The notes beneath the pieces are model-generated. The model searched no databases and was not told the origin of the DNA. It was given only the letters and a program-made list of their open reading frames with translations. 64,000 nucleotides of DNA. Source: Azolla caroliniana (lineage: Eukaryota; Plantae; Polypodiophyta). Positions 44,501 through 58,500 of this stretch are shown in pieces (within the stretch, counting starts at the first letter, position 1; each line of letters begins with the position of its first letter). The stretch is from assembly GCA_043228905.1 (NCBI GenBank), contig JBHGNT010000102.1:25827-89826 (forward strand), read 5' to 3'. The position numbers and the translations under genes are program-made.

Positions 44501-46109
44501 CATAGCTAGCATTGTTAGCTTCGATATCCATGTTTGAACACAGAAATCTGTTATCACACGAGCCAGGTATGAACATTTTAATTTACTCACGGGCTCTTCT
44601 CAACTCCCTCCTCAAATTTTCTAATTTCTTCATGTCTCTCGACCTGAATTTCAAAATCTTGATTTTTTAATTCCATATCATAGCTAGCATTGTTAGCTTC
44701 GATACGCATGTTTGAACACAGAAATCCGATATCACACGAGCCTGGTATGAACATTTTCATTTACTCACGGGCTCTTCTCAAGTCCCTCCTCAAATTTGCT
44801 AATTTGTTCATGTCTCTCGACCTGAGTTTCAAAATCTTGATTTCTTAATTCTATAACATAGCTAGCATTGTTAGCTTCGATACGCATGTTTGAACACAGA
44901 AATCCGTTATAACACGAGCCTGGTATGAACATTTTCATTTACTCACGGGCTCTTCTCAAGTCCCTCCTCAAATTTGCTAATTTTTTCATGTCTATCGACC
45001 TGAGTTTCAAAATCTTGATTTTTTAATTCCATATCATAGCTAGCTTTGTTAGCTTCGATTCGCATGTTTGAACACAGAAATCCGTTATCACACGAGCCTG
45101 GTATAAACATTTTAATTTACTCACAGGCTCTTCTCAACTCCCTCCTCAAATATGCTAATTTCTTCATGTCTCTCGACCTGAGTTTCAAAATCTTGTTTTT
45201 TTAATTCCATATCATAGCTAGCATTGTTAGCTTCGATACGCATGTTTCAACACAGAAATCCGATATCACACGAGCCAGGTATGACCATTTTAATTTACCC
45301 ACGGGCTCTTCTCAACTCCCTCCTCAAATTTGCTAATTTCTTCATGTCTCTCGACCTGAGTTTCAAAATCTTGTTTTTTTAAGTCCATATTATAGCTAGC
45401 ATTGTTAGCTTCGTTATCCATGTTTGAACACAAAAATCCGATATCACCCGAGCCTGGTATGAACATTTTAATTTACTCACAGGCTCTTCTCAACTCCCTC
45501 CTCAAATTTGCTAATTTCTTCATGTCTCTCGACCTGAGTTTCAAAATCTTGATTTTTTAATTCTATATCATAGCTAACATTGTTAGCTTCGATACGCATG
45601 TTTGAACACAAAAATACGTTATCACACGAGCCAGGTATGAACATTTTAATTTACTCACAGGCTCTTCTCAACTCCCTCCTCAAATTTGCTAATTTCTTCA
45701 TGTCTCTCGACCTGAATTTCAAAATGTTGATTTTTAAATTCCATATCATAGCTAGCATTGTTAGCTTCGATACGCATGTTTGAACACAGAAATCCGTTAT
45801 CACACGAGCCAGGTATGAACATTTTAATTTACTCACGGGCTCTTCTCAACTCCCTCCTCAAATTTGCTAATTTCTTCATGTCTCTCGACCTGAATTTCAA
45901 AATCTTGATTTTTTAATTCCATATTATAGCTAGCATTGTTAGCTTCGATACACATGTTTGAACACAGAAATCCGATATCACACGAGCGAGGTATGAACAT
46001 TTTAATTTACTCAGAGGCTCTTCTCAACTCCCTCCTCAATTTTTCTAATTTCTTCATGTCTCTCGACCTGAATTTCAAAATCTTGATTTTTTAATTCCAT
46101 ATCATAGCT

Positions 46110-49100
46110 AGCATTGATAGCTTCGATACGCATGTTTGAACACAAAAATCCGATATCACACGAGCCTGGTATGAACATTTTCATTTACTCACGGGCTCTT
46201 CTCAAGTCCCTCCTCAAATTTGCTAATTTTTTCATGTCTCTCGACCTGAGTTTCAAAATCTTGATTTTTTAATTCTATATCATAGCTAGCATTGTTAGCT
46301 TCGATACGCATCTTTGAACACAGAAATCCGTTATCACACGAGCCTGGTATAAACATTTTAATTTACTCACAGGCTCTTCTCAACTCCCTCCTCAAATATG
46401 CTAATTTCTTCATGTCTCTCGACCTGAGTTTCAAAATCTTGTTTTTTTAATTCCATATCATAGCTAGCATTGTTAGCTTCGATACGCATGTTTCAACACA
46501 GAAATCCGATATCACACGAGCCAGGTATGACCATTTTAATTTACCCACGGGCTCTTCTCAACTCCCTCCTCAAATTTGCTAATTTCTTCATGTCTCTCGA
46601 CATGAGTTTCAAAATCTTGATTTTTTAAGTCCATATTATAGCTAGCATTGTTAGCTTCGTTATCCATGTTTGAACACAAAAATCCGATATCACCCGAGCC
46701 TGGTATGAACATTTTAATTTACTCACAGGCTCTTCTCAACTCCCTCCTCAAATTTGCTAATTTCTTCATGTCTCTCGACCTGAGTTTCAAAATCTTGATT
46801 TTTTAATTCTATATCATAGCTAACATTGTTAGCTTCGATACGCATGTTTGAACACAAAAATCCGTTATCACACGAGCCAGGTATGAACATTTTAATTTAC
46901 TCACAGGCTCTTCTCAACTCCCTCCTCAAATTTGCTAATTTTTTCATGTCTCTCGACCTGAGTTTCAAAATCTTGATTTTTTAATTCTATATCATAGCTA
47001 GCATTGTTAGCTTCGATACGCATGTTTGAACACAGAAATCCGTTATCACACGAGCCTGGTATAAACATTTTAATTTACTCACAGGCTCTTCTCAACTCCC
47101 TCCTCAAATATGCTAATTTCTTCATGTCTCTCGACCTGAGTTTCAAAATCTTGTTTTTTTAATTCCATAACATAGCTAGCATTGTTAGCTTCGATACGCA
47201 TGTTTCAACACAGAAATCCGATATCACACGAGGCAGGTATGACCATTTTAATTTACCCACGGGCTCTTCTCAACTCCCTCATCAAATTTGCTAATATCTT
47301 CATGTCTCTCGACCTGAGTTTCAAAATCTTGATTTTTTAAGTCCATATCATAGCTAGCATCGTTAGCTTCGTTATCCATGTTTGAACACAAAAATCCGAT
47401 ATCACCCGAGCCTGGTATGAACATTTTAATTTACTCACAGGCTCTTCTCAACTCCCTCCTCAAATTTGCTAATTTCTTCATGTCTCTCGACCTGAATTTC
47501 AAAATCTTGATTTTTTAATTCCATATCATAGCTAGCATTGTTAGCTTCGATACGCATGTTTGAACACAAAAATCCGATATCACACGAGCGAGGTATGAGC
47601 ATTTCCATTTACTCACAGGCTCTTCTCAACTCCCTCCTCAATTTTTCTAATTTCTTCATGTCTCTCGACCTGAATTTCAAAATCTTGATTTTTTAATTCC
47701 ATATCATAGCTAGCTTTGTTAGCTTCGATTCGCATGTTTTAACACAAAAATCCGATATAACACGAGCCAGGTATGACCATTTTAATTTACTCACGGGCTC
47801 TTCTCAACTCCCTTCTCAAATTTGGTAATTTCTTCATGTCTCTTGACCTGAGTTTCAAAATCTTGATTTTTTAAGTCCATATCATAGCTAGCATTGTTAG
47901 CTTCGATATCCATGTTTGAACACAGAAATCTGTTATCACACGAGCCAGGTATGAACATTTTAATTTACTCACGGGCTCTTCTCAACTCCCTCCTCAAATT
48001 TTCTAATTTCTTCATGTCTCTCGACCTGAATTTCAAAATCTTGATTTTTTAATTCCATATCATAGCTAGCATTGTTAGCTTCGATACGCATGTTTGAACA
48101 CAGAAATCCGATATCACACGAGCCTGGTATGAACATTTTCATTTACTCACGGGCTCTTCTCAAGTCCCTCCTCAAATTTGCTAATTTGTTCATGTCTCTC
48201 GACCTGAGTTTCAAAATCTTGATTTCTTAATTCTATAACATAGCTAGCATTGTTAGCTTCGATACGCATGTTTGAACACAGAAATCCGTTATCACACGAG
48301 CCTGGTATGAACATTTTCATTTACTCACGGGCTCTTCTCAAGTCCCTCCTCAAATTTGCTAATTTTTTCATGTCTCTCGACCTGAGTTTCAAAATCTTGA
48401 TTTTTTAATTCTATATCATAGCTAGCATTGTTAGCTTCGATACGCATGTTTGAACACAGAAATCCGTTATCACACGAGCCTGGTATAAACATTTTAATTT
48501 ACTCACAGGCTCTTCTCAACTCCCTCCTCAAATATGCTAATTTCTTCATGTCTCTCGACCTGAGTTTCAAAATCTTGTTTTTTTAATTCCATAACATAGC
48601 TAGCATTGTTAGCTTCGATACGCATGTTTCAACACAGAAATCCGATATCACACGAGGCAGGTATGACCATTTTAATTTACCCACGGGCTCTTCTCAACTC
48701 CCTCATCAAATTTGCTAATATCTTCATGTCTCTCGACCTGAGTTTCAAAATCTTGATTTTTTAAGTCCATATCATAGCTAGCATTGATAGCTTCGATACG
48801 CATGTTTGAACACAAAAATCCGATATCACACGAGCCTGGTATGAACATTTTCATTTACTCACGGGCTCTTCTCAAGTCCCTCCTCAAATTTGCTAATTTT
48901 TTCATGTCTCTCGACCTGAGTTTCAAAATCTTGATTTTTTAATTCTATATCATAGCTAGCATTGTTAGCTTCGATACGCATCTTTGAACACAGAAATCCG
49001 TTATCACACGAGCCTGGTATAAACATTTTAATTTACTCACAGGCTCTTCTCAACTCCCTCCTCAAATATGCTAATTTCTTCATGTCTCTCGACCTGAGTT

Positions 49101-51450
49101 TCAAAATCTTGTTTTTTTAATTCCATATCATAGCTAGCATTGTTAGCTTCGATACGCATGTTTCAACACAGAAATCCGATATCACACGAGCCAGGTATGA
49201 CCATTTTAATTTACCCACGGGCTCTTCTCAACTCCCTCCTCAAATTTGCTAATTTCTTCATGTCTCTCGACATGAGTTTCAAAATCTTGATTTTTTAAGT
49301 CCATATTATAGCTAGCATTGTTAGCTTCGTTATCCATGTTTGAACACAAAAATCCGATATCACCCGAGCCTGGTATGAACATTTTAATTTACTCACAGGC
49401 TCTTCTCAACTCCCTCCTCAAATTTGCTAATTTCTTCATGTCTCTCGACCTGAGTTTCAAAATCTTGATTTTTTAATTCTATATCATAGCTAACATTGTT
49501 AGCTTCGATACGCATGTTTGAACACAAAAATCCGTTATCACACGAGCCAGGTATGAACATTTTAATTTACTCACAGGCTCTTCTCAACTCCCTCCTCAAA
49601 TTTGCTAATTTTTTCATGTCTCTCGACCTGAGTTTCAAAATCTTGATTTTTTAATTCTATATCATAGCTAGCATTGTTAGCTTCGATACGCATGTTTGAA
49701 CACAGAAATCCGTTATCACACGAGCCTGGTATAAACATTTTAATTTACTCACAGGCTCTTCTCAACTCCCTCCTCAAATATGCTAATTTCTTCATGTCTC
49801 TCGACCTGAGTTTCAAAATCTTGTTTTTTTAATTCCATAACATAGCTAGCATTGTTAGCTTCGATACGCATGTTTCAACACAGAAATCCGATATCACACG
49901 AGGCAGGTATGACCATTTTAATTTACCCACGGGCTCTTCTCAACTCCCTCATCAAATTTGCTAATATCTTCATGTCTCTCGACCTGAGTTTCAAAATCTT
50001 GATTTTTTAAGTCCATATCATAGCTAGCATCGTTAGCTTCGTTATCCATGTTTGAACACAAAAATCCGATATCACCCGAGCCTGGTATGAACATTTTAAT
50101 TTACTCACAGGCTCTTCTCAACTCCCTCCTCAAATTTGCTAATTTCTTCATGTCTCTCGACCTGAATTTCAAAATCTTGATTTTTTAATTCCATATCATA
50201 GCTAGCATTGTTAGCTTCGATACGCATGTTTGAACACAAAAATCCGATATCACACGAGCGAGGTATGAGCATTTCCATTTACTCACAGGCTCTTCTCAAC
50301 TCCCTCCTCAATTTTTCTAATTTCTTCATGTCTCTCGACCTGAATTTCAAAATCTTGATTTTTTAATTCCATATCATAGCTAGCTTTGTTAGCTTCGATT
50401 CGCATGTTTTAACACAAAAATCCGATATAACACGAGCCAGGTATGACCATTTTAATTTACTCACGGGCTCTTCTCAACTCCCTTCTCAAATTTGGTAATT
50501 TCTTCATGTCTCTTGACCTGAGTTTCAAAATCTTGATTTTTTAAGTCCATATCATAGCTAGCATTGTTAGCTTCGATATCCATGTTTGAACACAGAAATC
50601 TGTTATCACACGAGCCAGGTATGAACATTTTAATTTACTCACGGGCTCTTCTCAACTCCCTCCTCAAATTTTCGAATTTCTTCATGTCTCTCGACCTGAA
50701 TTTCAAAATCTTGATTTTTTAATTCCATATCATAGCTAGCATTGTTAGCTTCGATACGCATGTTTGAACACAGAAATCCGATATCACACGAGCCTGGTAT
50801 GAACATTTTCATTTACTCACGGGCTCTTCTCAAGTCCCTCCTCAAATTTGCTAATTTGTTCATGTCTCTCGACCTGAGTTTCAAAATCTTGATTTCTTAA
50901 TTCTATAACATAGCTAGCATTGTTAGCTTCGATACGCATGTTTGAACACAGAAATCCGTTATCACACGAGCCTGGTATGAACATTTTCATTTACTCACGG
51001 GCTCTTCTCAAGTCCCTCCTCAAATTTGCTAATTTTTTCATGTCTCTCGACCTGAGTTTCAAAATCTTGATTTTTTAATTCTATATCATAGCTAGCATTG
51101 TTAGCTTCGATACGCATGTTTGAACACAGAAATCCGTTATCACACGAGCCTGGTATAAACATTTTAATTTACTCACAGGCTCTTCTCAACTCCCTCCTCA
51201 AATATGCTAATTTCTTCATGTCTCTCGACCTGAGTTTCAAAATCTTGTTTTTTTAATTCCATAACATAGCTAGCATTGTTAGCTTCGATACGCATGTTTC
51301 AACACAGAAATCCGATATCACACGAGGCAGGTATGACCATTTTAATTTACCCACGGGCTCTTCTCAACTCCCTCATCAAATTTGCTAATATCTTCATGTC
51401 TCTCGACCTGAGTTTCAAAATCTTGATTTTTTAAGTCCATATCATAGCTA
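46110..51450 (-). repeat. Higher-order tandem duplication, 15 monomers (2670 bp), overlapped by an 8-monomer (1424 bp) period extending to ~52460
   Basis: Rare variants TCTTTGAACA (46311/48981), CATGAGTTTC (46601/49271) and GTATGAGCAT (~47593/50263/51687). Confidence 0.85.
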
Positions 51451-52999
51451 GCATCGTTAGCTTCGTTATCCATGTTTGAACACAAAAATCCGATATCACC
51501 CGAGCCTGGTATGAACATTTTAATTTACTCACAGGCTCTTCTCAACTCCCTCCTCAAATTTGCTAATTTCTTCATGTCTCTCGACCTGAATTTCAAAATC
51601 TTGATTTTTTAATTCCATATCATAGCTAGCATTGTTAGCTTCGATACGCATGTTTGAACACAAAAATCCGATATCACACGAGCGAGGTATGAGCATTTCC
51701 ATTTACTCACAGGCTCTTCTCAACTCCCTCCTCAATTTTTCTAATTTCTTCATGTCTCTCGACCTGAATTTCAAAATCTTGATTTTTTAATTCCATATCA
51801 TAGCTAGCTTTGTTAGCTTCGATTCGCATGTTTTAACACAAAAATCCGATATAACACGAGCCAGGTATGACCATTTTAATTTACTCACGGGCTCTTCTCA
51901 ACTCCCTTCTCAAATTTGGTAATTTCTTCATGTCTCTTGACCTGAGTTTCAAAATCTTGATTTTTTAAGTCCATATCATAGCTAGCATTGTTAGCTTCGA
52001 TATCCATGTTTGAACACAGAAATCTGTTATCACACGAGCCAGGTATGAACATTTTAATTTACTCACGGGCTCTTCTCAACTCCCTCCTCAAATTTTCTAA
52101 TTTCTTCATGTCTCTCGACCTGAATTTCAAAATCTTGATTTTTTAATTCCATATCATAGCTAGCATTGTTAGCTTCGATACGCATGTTTGAACACAGAAA
52201 TCCGATATCACACGAGCCTGGTATGAACATTTTCATTTACTCACGGGCTCTTCTCAAGTCCCTCCTCAAATTTGCTAATTTGTTCATGTCTCTCGACCTG
52301 AGTTTCAAAATCTTGATTTCTTAATTCTATAACATAGCTAGCATTGTTAGCTTCGATACGCATGTTTGAACACAGAAATCCGTTATCACACGAGCCTGGT
52401 ATGAACATTTTCATTTACTCACGGGCTCTTCTCAAGTCCCTCCTCAAATTTGCTAATTTTTTCATGTCTATCGACCTGAGTTTCAAAATCTTGATTTTTT
52501 AATTCCATATCATAGCTAGCTTTGTTAGCTTCGATTCGCATGTTTGAACACAGAAATCCGTTATCACACGAGCCTGGTATAAACATTTTAATTTACTCAC
52601 AGGCTCTTCTCAACTCCCTCCTCAAATATGCTAATTTCTTCATGTCTCTCGACCTGAGTTTCAAAATCTTGTTTTTTTAATTCCATATCATAGCTAGCAT
52701 TGTTAGCTTCGATACGCATGTTTCAACACAGAAATCCGATATCACACGAGCCAGGTATGACCATTTTAATTTACCCACGGGCTCTTCTCAACTCCCTCCT
52801 CAAATTTGCTAATTTCTTCATGTCTCTCGACCTGAGTTTCAAAATCTTGATTTTTTAAGTCCATATTATAGCTAGCATTGTTAGCTTCGTTATCCATGTT
52901 TGAACACAAAAATCCGATATCACCCGAGCCTGGTATGAACATTTTAATTTACTCACAGGCTCTTCTCAACTCCCTCCTCAAATTTGCTAATTTCTTCAT

Positions 53000-55300
53000 G
53001 TCTCTCGACCTGAGTTTCAAAATCTTGATTTTTTAATTCTATATCATAGCTAACATTGTTAGCTTCGATACGCATGTTTGAACACAAAAATCCGTTATCA
53101 CACGAGCCAGGTATGAACATTTTAATTTACTCACAGGCTCTTCTCAACTCCCTCCTCAAATTTGCTAATTTCTTCATGTCTCTCGACCTGAATTTCAAAA
53201 TGTTGATTTTTAAATTCCATATCATAGCTAGCATTGTTAGCTTCGATACGCATGTTTGAACACAGAAATCCGTTATCACACGAGCCAGGTATGAACATTT
53301 TAATTTACTCACGGGCTCTTCTCAACTCCCTCCTCAAATTTGCTAATTTCTTCATGCTTCTCGACCTGAATTTCAAAATCTTGATTTTTTAATTCCATAT
53401 TATAGCTAGCATTGTTAGCTTCGATACACATGTTTGAACACAGAAATCCGATATCACACGAGCGAGGTATGAACATTTTAATTTACTCAGAGGCTCTTCT
53501 CAACTCCCTCCTCAATTTTTCTAATTTCTTCATGTCTCTCGACCTGAATTTCAAAATCTTGATTTTTTAATTCCATATCATAGCTAGCATTGATAGCTTC
53601 GATACGCATGTTTGAACACAAAAATCCGATATCACACGAGCCTGGTATGAACATTTTCATTTACTCACGGGCTCTTCTCAAGTCCCTCCTCAAATTTGCT
53701 AATTTTTTCATGTCTCTCGACCTGAGTTTCAAAATCTTGATTTTTTAATTCTATATCATAGCTAGCATTGTTAGCTTCGATACGCATGTTTGAACACAGA
53801 AATCCGTTATCACACGAGCCTGGTATAAACATTTTAATTTACTCACAGGCTCTTCTCAACTCCCTCCTCAAATATGCTAATTTCTTCATGTCTCTCGACC
53901 TGAGTTTCAAAATCTTGTTTTTTTAATTCCATATCATAGCTAGCATTGTTAGCTTCGATACGCATGTTTCAACACAGAAATCCGATATCACACGAGCCAG
54001 GTATGACCATTTTAATTTACCCACGGGCTCTTCTCAACTCCCTCCTCAAATTTGCTAATTTCTTCATGTCTCTCGACCTGAATTTCAAAATCTTGATTTT
54101 TTAATTCCATATCATAGCTAGCTTTGTTAGCTTCGATTCGCATGTTTTAACACAAAAATCCGATATAACACGAGCCAGGTATGACCATTTTAATTTACTC
54201 ACGGGCTCTTCTCAACTCCCTTCTCAAATTTGCTAATTTCTTCATGTCTCTCGACCTGAGTTTCAAAATCTTGATTTTTTAATTCTATATCATAGCTAAC
54301 ATTGTTAGCTTCGATACGCATGTTTGAACACAAAAATCCGTTATCACACGAGCCAGGTATGAACATTTTAATTTACTCACAGGCTCTTCTCAACTCCCTC
54401 CTCAAATTTGCTAATTTCTTCATGTCTCTCGACCTGAATTTCAAAATGTTGATTTTTAAATTCCATATCATAGCTAGCATTGTTAGCTTCGATACGCATG
54501 TTTGAACACAGAAATCCGTTATCACACGAGCCAGGTATGAACATTTTAATTTACTCACGGGCTCTTCTCAACTCCCTCCTCAAATTTGCTAATTTCTTCA
54601 TGCTTCTCGACCTGAATTTCAAAATCTTGATTTTTTAATTCCATATTATAGCTAGCATTGTTAGCTTCGATACACATGTTTGAACACAGAAATCCGATAT
54701 CACACGAGCGAGGTATGAACATTTTAATTTACTCAGAGGCTCTTCTCAACTCCCTCCTCAATTTTTCTAATTTCTTCATGTCTCTCGACCTGAATTTCAA
54801 AATCTTGATTTTTTAATTCCATATCATAGCTAGCATTGATAGCTTCGATAGGCATATTTGAACACAAAAATCCGATATCACACGAGCCTGGTATGAACAT
54901 TTTCATTTACTCACGGGCTCTTCTCAAGTCCCTCCTCAAATTTGCTAATTTTTTCATGTCTCTCGACCTGAGTTTCAAAATCTTGATTTTTTAATTCTAT
55001 ATCATAGCTAGCATTGTTAGCTTCGATACGCATGTTTGAACACAGAAATCCGTTATCACACGAGCCTGGTATAAACATTTTAATTTACTCACAGGCTCTT
55101 CTCAACTCCCTCCTCAAATATGCTAATTTCTTCATGTCTCTCGACCTGAGTTTCAAAATCTTGTTTTTTTAATTCCATATCATAGCTAGCATTGTTAGCT
55201 TCGATACGCATGTTTCAACACAGAAATCCGATATCACACGAGCCAGGTATGACCATTTTAATTTACCCACGGGCTCTTCTCAACTCCCTCCTCAAATTTG
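53000..55300 (-). repeat. Higher-order duplication, 7-monomer offset (1246 bp)
   Basis: ORF pair 53056/54302. Variant CATGCTTCTC seen only at ~53353 and ~54599. Confidence 0.8.
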
Positions 55301-55549
55301 CTAATTTCTTCATGTCTCTCGACATGAGTTTCAAAATCTTGATTTTTTAAGTCCATATGATAGCTAGCATTGTTAGCTTCGTTATCCATGTTTGAACACA
55401 AAAATCCGATATCACCCGAGCCTGGTATGAACATTTTAATTTACTCACAGGCTCTTCTCAACTCCCTCCTCAAATTTGCTAATTTCTTCATGTCTCTCGA
55501 CCTGAGTTTCAAAATCTTGATTTTTTAATTCTATATCATAGCTAACATT

Positions 55550-58500
55550 GTTAGCTTCGATACGCATGTTTGAACACAAAAATCCGATATCACACGAGCC
55601 AGGTATGAACATTTTCATTTACTCACGGGCTCTTCTCAAGTCCCTCCTCAAATTTGCTAATTTTTTCATGTCTCTCGACCTGAGTTTCAAAATCTTGATT
55701 TTTTAATTCTATATCATAGCTAGCATTGTTAGCTTCGATACGCATGTTTGAACACAGAAATCCGTTATCACACGAGCCTGGTATAAACATTTTAATTTAC
55801 TCACAGGCTCTTCTCAACTCCCTCCTCAAATATGCTAATTTGTTCATGTCTCTCGACCTGAGTTTCAAAATCTTGTTTTTTTAATTCCATAACATAGCTA
55901 GCATTGTTAGCTTCGATACGCATGTTTCAACACAGAAATCCGATATCACACGAGGCAGGTATGACCATTTTAATTTACCCACGGGCTCTTCTCAACTCCC
56001 TCATCAAATTTGCTAATATCTTCATGTCTCTCGACCTGAGTTTCAAAATCTTGATTTTTTAAGTCCATATCATAGCTAGCATCGTTAGCTTCGTTATCCA
56101 TGTTTGAACACAAAAATCCGATATCACCCGAGCCTGGTATGAACATTTTAATTTACTCACAGGCTCTTCTCAACTCCCTCCTCAAATTTGCTAATTTCTT
56201 CATGTCTCTCGACCTGAATTTCAAAATCTTGATTTTTTAATTCCATATCATAGCTAGCATTGTTAGCTTCGATACGCATGTTTGAACACAAAAATCCGAT
56301 ATCACACGAGCGAGGTATGAACATTTCCATTTACTCACAGGCTCTTCTCAACTCCCTCCTCAATTTTTCTAATTTCTTCATGTCTCTCGACCTGAATTTC
56401 AAAATCTTGATTTTTTAATTCCATATCATAGCTAGCTTTGTTAGCTTCGATTCGCATGTTTTAACACAAAAATCCGATATAACACGAGCCAGGTATGACC
56501 ATTTTAATTTACTCACGGGCTCTTCTCAACTCCCTTCTCAAATTTGGTAATTTCTTCATGTCTCTCGACCTGAGTTTCAAAATCTTGATTTTTTAAGTCC
56601 ATATCATAGCTAGCATTGTTAGCTTCGATATCCATGTTTGAACACAGAAATCTGTTATCACACGAGCCAGGTATGAACATTTTAATTTACTCACGGGCTC
56701 TTCTCAACTCCCTCCTCAAATTTTCTAATTTCTTCATGTCTCTCGACCTGAATTTCAAAATCTTGATTTTTTAATTCCATATCATAGCTAGCATTGTTAG
56801 CTTCGATACGCATGTTTGAACACAGAAATCCGATATCACACGAGCCTGGTATGAACATTTTCATTTACTCACGGGCTCTTCTCAAGTCCCTCCTCAAATT
56901 TGCTAATTTGTTCATGTCTCTCGACCTGAGTTTCAAAATCTTGATTTCTTAATTCTATAACATAGCTAGCATTGTTAGCTTCGATACGCATGTTTGAACA
57001 CAGAAATCCGATATCACACGAGCCTGGTATGAACATTTTCATTTACTCACGGGCTCTTCTCAAGTCCCTCCTCAAATTTGCTAATTTTTTCATGTCTATC
57101 GACCTGAGTTTCAAAATCTTGATTTTTTAATTCCATATCATAGCTAGCTTTGTTAGCTTCGATTCGCATGTTTTAACACAAAAATCCGATATAACACGAG
57201 CCAGGTATGACTATTTTAATTTACTCACGGGCTCTTCTCAACTCCCTTCTCAAATTTGCTAATTTCTTCATGTCTCTCGACCTGAGTTTCAAAATCTTGA
57301 TTTTTTAAGTCCATATCATAGCTAGCATTGTTAGCTTCGATATCCATGTTTGAACACAGAAATCTGTTATCACACGAGCCAGGTATGAACATTTTAATTT
57401 ACTCACGGGCTCTTCTCAACTCCCTTCTCAAATTTGCTAATTTCTTCATGTCTCTCGACCTGAGTTTCAAAATCTTGATTTTTTAAGTCCATATCATAGC
57501 TAGCATTGTTAGCTTCGATACGCATGTTTGAACACAAAAATCCGATATCACACGAGCCAGGTATGAACATTTTCATTTACTCACGGGCTCTTCTCAAGTC
57601 CCTCCTCAAATTTGCTAATTTTTTCATGTCTCTCGACCTGAGTTTCAAAATCTTGATTTTTTAATTCTATATCATAGCTAGCATTGTTAGCTTCGATACG
57701 CATGTTTGAACACAGAAATCCGTTATCACACGAGCCTGGTATAAACATTTTAATTTACTCACAGGCTCTTCTCAACTCCCTCCTCAAATATGCTAATTTG
57801 TTCATGTCTCTCGACCTGAGTTTCAAAATCTTGTTTTTTTAATTCCATAACATAGCTAGCATTGTTAGCTTCGATACGCATGTTTCAACACAGAAATCCG
57901 ATATCACACGAGGCAGGTATGACCATTTTAATTTACCCACGGGCTCTTCTCAACTCCCTCATCAAATTTGCTAATATCTTCATGTCTCTCGACCTGAGTT
58001 TCAAAATCTTGATTTTTTAAGTCCATATCATAGCTAGCATCGTTAGCTTCGATACACATGTTTGAACACAAAAATCCGATATCACCCGAGCCTGGTATGA
58101 ACATTTTAATTTACTCACAGGCTCTTCTCAACTCCCTCCTCAAATTTGCTAATTTCTTCATGTCTCTCGACCTGAATTTCAAAATCTTGATTTTTTAATT
58201 CCATATCATAGCTAGCATTGTTAGCTTCGATACGCATGTTTGAACACAAAAATCCGATATCACACGAGCGAGGTATGAACATTTCCATTTACTCACAGGC
58301 TCTTCTCAACTCCCTCCTCAATTTTTCTAATTTCTTCATGTCTCTCGACCTGAATTTCAAAATCTTGATTTTTTAATTCCATATCATAGCTAGCTTTGTT
58401 AGCTTCGATTCGCATGTTTTAACACAAAAATCCGATATAACACGAGCCAGGTATGACCATTTTAATTTACTCACGGGCTCTTCTCAACTCCCTTCTCAAA

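Noticed and set aside
639-54558. Dozens of near-identical 60-96 aa ORFs (MSKLKCSY..., MLASIRMF..., MKMFIPGS...) suggesting a peptide gene array or toxin-antitoxin-like sense/antisense pairs
   Set aside because: Each spans about one satellite monomer, most use GTG/TTG starts, and they overlap on both strands. They appear only where single substitutions remove a stop (e.g. GAATTAA to GAATTTA). The 178-bp period is not a multiple of 3 and no recognisable domain is present.
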